Assembly: GCA_951406725.2 (NCBI GenBank)
Contig: OX597820.1
Coordinates: 91,636,001-91,700,000 of the forward strand
Source of the DNA: Octopus vulgaris
Lineage: Eukaryota
Length of the DNA stretch: 64,000 nucleotides
Direction: 5' to 3'
Of this stretch, positions 55,063-64,000 are shown piece after piece; within the stretch, counting starts at the first letter, position 1; each line of letters opens with the position of its first letter. The translations under genes and the position numbers were made by a program. The notes below the pieces were generated by a model, which was given only the letters and a program-made list of their open reading frames with translations, searched no databases and had not been told where the DNA came from.

Positions 55063-55217
55063 GTCACAAGGCTACAATTCATCATTTATCTTTAGATGAA
55101 TTAATTCCTAAAACAGATTTGTTCATCACATATGAAGGTTCTCTTACTGAACCTGGTTGTCATGAGACGGTAACATGGATAATTTTTAATCGTCCTATCT
55201 ACGTATCACGTGACCAA
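55063..55217 (+). CDS. CA10: Internal exon of an alpha-carbonic-anhydrase-related protein (CARP X/XI, CA10-like)
   Basis: Polypyrimidine+TTTACAG acceptor (AG 55061-55062) and CAA|GTGAGT donor; 155 nt, phase 1 to 0; (G)HKATIHHLSLDELIPKTDLFITYEGSLTEPGCHETVTWIIFNRPIYVSRDQ carries the alpha-CA YxGSLTxPxCxExVTW motif in the CARP-like PGC form; symbol is best-match, orthology not tested. Confidence 0.85.
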
Positions 55218-55741
55218 GTGAGTATATTTTTAATACTTTTCCACCATTTTTACAAACTTATTTTAAGAAGCTAAGATAGAAAAAGCCTTAGCTCTTGGGA
55301 TAAAATCCTTGGCTGCATTTCCTCCGGCTCTTTCTTTAGACTGAGTTGAAATTCCCCACAGGTCTAAGATGCGTGAGCATCACAAACTTATGTCTGCATA
55401 ACCGATATTGTAGAAATGTAGGCCGCTTACGCTACACAAACACACACACATATATATATATACTTATATATATTCATATATAGATACATATATATTTATA
55501 CATACATATACTTGCATATATATTTATACATACATATATACATACACATACATATACATATATTCATATATGTTTAATGATTATAAACTAATCATACATA
55601 TCTGTACAACCAAAAAAAATGTTTAAAATGGTATTTTCAGGACTCTTCGTCAAAGTCAGTGAACCACTTCCTCGTTTCCACAAGAACAGTTCTTATACAT
55701 TGAACAACAGTCTAGACTGTAGTAGATTAACATGCCCGATA

Positions 55742-57214
<1,473 letters not shown>

Positions 57215-58749
57215 TTTAAGATTTTAGTGGCAGCAATATCAAATATTAAATTCCTAATGTATTAATAGTGTTTCGTTTCGTTCGTACAATCTTCTATGGA
57301 TCACATCTATGTTGATTTATTTTCTTTTTAACCCACAGTGGGCATTTTGACCATTCAACCTCGCTGTCACAAAATAGTCACAGCTACTAATGAAAACTTC
57401 AAAATGTGTGGAAATATATATATATATATATATATATGTACAACTACCTCACCTTTTTATGTCCGCCCATATGAATTGTTTTCAACAGCTGTAACACTGT
57501 GTTGACTAAAAATACCTGTGGTTATGTTCTAGAGTACAATTTAATAATGAAACAAACACTGTTAACACATCAGTAATTTAATATCATAGGCAGTTAAAAA
57601 TTTCTCCACTTACGTGAACATGAAATTCATGTGATGATAAATGCAAATAAAATCACAATAATGAGATTGTACCATTACAAAAACACAGACGTATAGTTTA
57701 ATTCAGATTGTCAAGAAAAACAAAGAAAATAAAACCGAAACAATAGAAATGAAAATGAATATATTTTCCGTCTTATTTAATTGTTTTAACATATTATTGT
57801 CTGTTAGTATATTTATTCATCACACCATTTCTACATCCCACACCAGTACCTACTCTCTTATACACACAAAAACACTTATATATACATACATATAGCTATG
57901 AAAGTATACACTTTTAAGTAATATTGTTTAAAATTGTGCTTATGAAAAGCCAGCAGCCTCTCGTATTTGTACTCGTTTCTCCACTTCTGACAAGTGATTT
58001 CTTTCAAACTTGTAAGAATGCATTAACCACCGAAGAGAATTTTACATTTTAAAGATAACAGATGTATACATACATAAATACGTATAGTACATACGTACCT
58101 ACTCGAGCGCACCCACGCACACATAAATAGACACGCGCGTGTGCGTGTGATTATATATTATATATCATTCTTGTTGACGCAGTTTAATACATTTTCATTT
58201 GCCGTGTTATATTTTATGCAGAGTATTGTTGTTAAACACAAGATGTATTTTGTCAATGAGGAAATGTTGACTTTAAAAATAAGAAACGGCAACTCATAAA
58301 GTACAGCGAAAATTTTTCAATACTTATTTTTAGTTATCGTACATTTTGATTGGAAGCAACAGAACATCTTATAAATGAGAACAAATATCTTCATAGTTTT
58401 GCGGTTCGCGTATTAAACTATGGAGATTGTGCCGCTTTAAAATTGTGCTGTTTTAAGTTCTAGTTCAGCACATTCAAGATTGCTTAAATCTGTAGCGTAC
58501 AATTAAGAAAACAAAAACATAGCAGGACCAAAACGTCCCGCAAATCGTAATTCCTGCATGATTTCCTTGGAGGTATTTTGTGATACTTATCGTTGAAGGA
58601 ATCTAATTCGATATTATACTGTCATAATAATTCATTATAAATTCGTAACAATCGAAACAAATATATTTCCCGTCAACTTTATAAATGCAAGACATGTTCG
58701 AACACTTAAAAATTATTTTAATTATGTAGCAATATTCTTCTCTTGAAAT

Positions 58750-58799
<50 letters not shown>

Positions 58800-58801
<2 letters not shown>

Positions 58802-58915
58802 TTAATCCAAACATGAAAACACAAAGAGAAAACACAAAAACACAAAACATTATACATTATAAAACACAAAAACATTATAGAACGCTCAGGGAAGAAGGAG
58901 GGTTTAATGTTTCGA
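58800..58915 (-). mobile_element. Penelope-like terminal repeat fragment (related to 9090 and 32830), ends in (TA)n
   Basis: Minus strand CTCGAAACATTAAA..TTCCCTGAGCGTT..TGTGTTTT then (TA)n. Confidence 0.45.
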
Positions 58916-58989
58916 GAGGAGGAGTGAGAAGAAGAGGAGGTGGATGGTGGTGATGAAGATAAGAATAACTGACCACAAGATCCCAATAC

Positions 58990-60250
58990 CATTGAAATAT
59001 AACAAAGACGGAAAACAAAATGTGGATTTCATCGAAGTTGAAAAGTGATATCACAGAAAAACAATACATAATAATCGTCTACCCTGAAATACCCCCAGAT
59101 AATGCTTGAGGGAAAGCATGTAGAATAATTGGAAAATATCTACGTAGAAAATCAGGAAATCTAATGAAACTTCGAACCCGAAAATTCCTTCTCCTCGTCG
59201 CTTGCCGTCTGTTTATAATCGGATAGTGTAGGTCCATTCAATTACGTCAATCTCACCACTATCACTCTCCCTTAATAAAACACAAGCGGGGATTTTCATG
59301 CACATAATCTTCAACCTTTTAAGATATTAATGGATGGTGGGAGTTGATCAGTAAATAATAGCGTATGTCCAGAAATATTTAACCACGTCTACAGCACAAC
59401 TATTTTTGCCATATATTTCGAGCAGAAAAACAGTAAACGTGCTCCCTTGTCAAATGTAAATGATCGGGCAATCATTTACTCCCAATAAGCTCAAGTTCTA
59501 GCAGTTGTCGGACATAACCTCAGGATCAGACATGGATGATCACTGATCTATGCATGCAAGGGGATTTCAGTACTCTGTGCAGCTTTGTCTAAAATAGAAT
59601 TTCTTCGAAAAGGCAACACGTGTTAGAGTACTAACAAACCACATCGTCACATAGATAAATCTAGTAGATATACCAGATAGAACTGCACTTGAATATTTGC
59701 AAGGCATTTGATAACCCGTCTCCTAAATTTGCCCAAGATTGTACACTAGGAGAGATGTTTCTACGAACAGTAGACCGCTAGAAGTGTAGGCGATCTAGTC
59801 TCTGTCAAACCGCAAACAGTAACTATATATAAGGTAGTAATATTACAGTTGGACATATCTAAGGTAACCGATATATCGACCGTTTGCACTGAAGCTCCAG
59901 ACCTTACTAAAAGAGTCCTGATATGTCACGCAAAACGAGCCGACGACTGAGGTGTATATGATTCCTTATCTCTGGACGAAGTGTGGTAAGCGTGTGAATC
60001 TCGGATATCTGTTTGTGATGGTTAATAAAACTAGATATAGTGACCGAATTTCATTGAGCAAATGACTCACATTTCATCTCAAATCAAAGTTCTCTGCCTG
60101 TATTCAGAAAGAAGGGGCAACATACCCGAGTGGGCATCTAACTTCGCCCAGAAGCAATTCGTTTTCGAGACATTTGAAAGACACCTCTTCTATCTTCTTA
60201 ATAAAGACATTTTAAAATCTTCCACGTTCTGTTTAAAGGTATTTTCTTGA
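58990..60250 (-). mobile_element. Possible highly decayed L1/Tx1-like LINE remnant
   Basis: Higher-complexity block; minus-strand fragments such as MLPLLS and LNGPTLS are reminiscent of Tx1-type ORF2; no diagnostic RT motif read. Confidence 0.3.
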
Positions 60251-61114
60251 TGTGGTAAATCTCTAAACAAGTTCTTATCAGAAGTCTACTTTTGTTGTAT
60301 ATTGTGCATGTGTACATCAACACATATATGCATGTTTATGAATATGGGGAGATGTTTGCGGGATGAGCATGACAGAGAACGTACCATTGTCTTTGCTGTA
60401 CAAATCTATTTACGAACATTCCAAGTAAGGCCAATGTTCACCAATATGGAAATATTTTGACCCATATACCATATAAATGTCAGCGATGACATATTATCTC
60501 TGTTCTGAATTTTACTATATGGCAATGACAGTTCATTTTATCGTTAATATTATTATTGCTGCTGTTATTATTAGTAATGCAATATTGACTCCGGGCCATC
60601 ATCAACTTAACTTTCTATTCAGTATATATGTTTGCAAATGTGAATGCATATGAGCCTGTCTAAATCTGTATGAATGTAGGCTTGGTCATAAATTCATTCC
60701 ACTCATCTCCTAATTTTCCTTTTGAAGACCAGCTTACAATGTCCTCTATCCATTCTGCTATACCAGTAAGCGGGTATATATAATTTGTATGATTGTGCAC
60801 AATAAAGTATTCATCTTATTCAAATTTCGGTGACAGTGCCGAAGTAGTAGGTCGATTGTATAGCGTAAGCGAGTCAATCGTCTTACATAATAACGACAAT
60901 CGATGTACGGAAACACGAGTATGTTATAGAAAGCTTGGAGCAAAACAATAACATTTTTTATATTTAATATTGATATACAAGGAATAGGAAAACTAGCATA
61001 TCAGGAGATATGATGGTTAACATCAACCAGCATTTAGAACGGAAATAATGAGTGTAACTATATACTGAGCGTAAATGCTTTGGTAATGAGTTGTGCCTTC
61101 TGATGCATTTTGTA

Positions 61115-61149
<35 letters not shown>

Positions 61150-61314
61150 TAATTAAGGATGTTACTAGTGGCACCAGCATGCTATTATGTTTAGAGCTAC
61201 ATATAGATTTTCACAATATTTCTGTATTGTGGTTAATTAACTCAATACTGAGTAGTATTACTAGTTATAAGCTATAGAGCAAGCATAGTATATATAAAAA
61301 TAAGCACAATGTTA

Positions 61315-61420
61315 AATTTATAGTTCCTACTTGCGTTTCACCATTATAGTTGCCTGCAGATCTACGACAAGTTCAAAGTACATATAAATGCTCAATCACA
61401 ATAGATCCTCAAGAACATAA
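61315..61420 (-). ncRNA. Hammerhead-like motif, left arm of an inverted pair
   Basis: Minus strand GUUC-UUGAGGA(61412-61406)-UCUAUUGUGAUUG..CAACUAUAAUGGU-GAAA-C-GCAA-G-UA-GGAAC. Confidence 0.6.
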
Positions 61421-61440
61421 TTATCTGTAACTTGATGCAG

Positions 61441-61550
61441 TAATGTGTTCCCTGAGGATCCGTTGTGGTTCAGTATCTATATGTATTTAGGAGTTATATC
61501 ACAGGGCTCAATACAACCAAAATGGTGAAACCCGCATAGGAACATTAATT
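61441..61550 (+). ncRNA. Hammerhead-like motif, right arm of an inverted pair
   Basis: GTTCC-CTGAGGA(61452-61458)-TCCGTTGTGGTT..AACCAAAATGGT-GAAA(61527-61530)-CCCGC-ATA-GGAAC; stem I GTTCC/GGAAC is perfect, stem III is mutated. Confidence 0.6.
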
Positions 61551-61581
61551 ATATGCGTATATACATGTATATAATATGTAT

Positions 61582-61652
<71 letters not shown>

Positions 61653-64000
61653 CGCTAATGTGTAAGTACAGAGGTAGAACTTAGCTGAATAGTTAAGAAT
61701 GTTGTTCCAAGATAAATATGTTATGGATTCGATTTCACTGCATGGTATTTTGAGGAAACGTCACACTCTATATGAAAACATTACTTAGACGGAGACTGTA
61801 TAGAAATCCATCGGGAGATTTTCTCTTACATATGAAAAGTGATAGTCTTGGCAAAGATTCTACCATATTGATTAAGCCTGAGAATTCCATGAATTGAATG
61901 AACACTGGAATCAGTGTAATCGACTTACCCTGTAATACTCACTCGAAATGCTCACTTAGTTAATAGATTAAGTCTGGAAAAACTAATTAACTTGATCGAT
62001 GAAATGTATTTTCACCGTCGAACGACGGAATTCCATCGCAATATGCACACTTCATCTATCTATGTATGTATGTATGTATGTATGTATGTATGTATGTATG
62101 TATATATGTATCTATCTATCTATCAGTCTTTCTCACTCGCTTTCAAATTTGTCCATATATGTGTGTGAGTGTGTATCTGTGTATATCTGTGTGTGTGTCT
62201 GTGTGGCTATGTATTTATTATGAGTAAGACAGCAGTAACAGAACATACGACTCTAGATTTTCTAAGCATATACATCTTCAAATCTTATACTCGGTAAAAG
62301 ACGTAGTGTACAGAAAAAAATATTATTTCGCTAAAAGCAGATAGTAGATATTATTCTTGCTGACACACGTTGGGGTTTGAAAAATAACACTTTGGAAACA
62401 TTACCGAATTACGCTTCTAATTTTCTGAAGATGCCTGGAGACACATTTTGCCCACTTATGTGAATGGGATTTCAATTGATGTCTTAGACTCATTAAAAAT
62501 TTCTTGTGCAATCCATATCAGAAGTGAAAATACTCTGAAGATTTACCACAGGCGTTTTCAGCTAAGCCATAGATATACTTAGTATTAACTGCGTAAGTTT
62601 CACTGGATGGGGACAAACTGCTGTTTCATTTGTAAAAATTATTAGAATATATCTAGAAATTCTAAACGTAGTCCATATATAATTCACTTGGTAATATTCT
62701 GCTGCAGGAGCTGTGGTAGTACTTTGCGAATGCATCAATACGCATATTATAGACGAATATAAATATTGTTTTTTTTTGTTTTGATGTTGCTGAAATTCGT
62801 GGCAACATTACATTTAATGCTGTTTGTTAACAGTTTAGAAAGCATGTTCTAGGATTCTTTAAATATTAAGTTACGTAATTAAGAATAATTAGTATTATAA
62901 TACTGAATTATTTATTGAGACCAAATCGAAAAGTGATGGGGAGAGGCGCAATTTCTTAAATATGTATTTTAGAATGGTTTTGCATTATACCAAAACATTA
63001 AAATGACAGAAATGCTAGAGTGTCGGACATATTGCTGAACGACGTTTACTGGTATATTCACACACTGAGTTGAAACCTTACTAGATTTATCTTTGCAGAA
63101 TAACACACTTCTGAAGTATTGATATTGATTTAATTTATGTAACCTTTTCAGAATAAGAGGTATTTAGACAATTTTAGAAAATATTGTTTTCGTTCCTATC
63201 ATTATAGATTTCGATTGGAAAACGACAGAGCTATATGCTTACTATATTAATTTAGAACTCATCCTACAATATATAAGTACCTATCATACACCGAAGATTA
63301 CATACGTCGTTGTTCTCGTACACATAAACTATCCACACATTTAAAAGTCGTGATTCTAGAACAGCAGGAACAATGAGGCTTTGGACAGGGCGTATTCATT
63401 TATATGATTTTTGGTCCTTACCAGGATTCCTGTCGTGAATGTCAATGCCTTTGATACATGTACAGTGATAAAATAAAAAATGAACAATATATTGTCAACT
63501 TAATTAGCTCTATCCTTCTCTTGGAAATATTTCACCTTTTGCCCATGTAAAAAATCATTATTATCATTATCAATATTTCTGTCACTACTAATGATATTTA
63601 AAAAGAGATCAAACTAAAGTGTTGATAATGATTCATAAATACTAAATAAATTCATATATATAGACAAAAAAAATGATAAATAGAATACTGTTGAATATTG
63701 GCAGGAAGACAAACATAATTCACAATTAAATTTATTAAATTTAAATTATCTTCCCTTCTTTCTTTCTGTCCATATATTGGCACGCAATGACTGATCTCTT
63801 CCATTATCAATGACGTTGTCATTAATAGAACAGTATAACACTATTAGGCAGTACGATACAAGTAGCTGTTAACAATCCCTTAAATTATAAGAACAGTGAA
63901 GAATAAAAAATTAAATTAGAGAAACGATTGAGGAGGTGTGTAATTAATTTGAGGATAAATGCTTCATTTCCACTCACATCACATATGTCCTTTCTTGTAT

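Noticed and set aside
63152-63250. TTTTCAG followed by NKRYLDNFRK as the next CA exon (DNFR-like)
   Set aside because: Lacks the RPxQPLN continuation, spacing is wrong, and it ends in a stop without a good donor

Overview
AT-rich, microsatellite-dense animal genomic DNA. The SINE and repeat content resembles octopus/coleoid cephalopod sequence (inference from recalled repeat families, not verified). Only one host exon is recognisable: a 155-nt internal exon (55063-55217, +) of an alpha-carbonic-anhydrase-related protein (CA10/CA11-like CARP), so most of the window is probably giant introns of that gene. The rest is decayed mobile DNA: four tRNA-derived SINE families, RLE-type (R4/Dong-like) and L1/Tx1-like LINE remnants, a Tc1 and a pogo/Tigger transposase remnant, Tigger and hAT-Charlie MITEs, and an internally deleted Helitron. 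Almost all predicted ORFs are microsatellite or SINE artefacts. The main non-obvious signal is a set of type I hammerhead-ribozyme motifs in several unrelated non-coding, often microsatellite-anchored elements, resembling Penelope-like or retrozyme elements. One motif is fully intact (13255-13349, minus strand) inside a near-perfect 119-bp foldback whose sense arm lacks just the catalytic core. A second pair sits as an inverted repeat at 61315-61550, and two motifs (42625, 4478) share an unusual loop-III/5'-flank complementarity. All alignments and folds were done by eye, and element boundaries are approximate.
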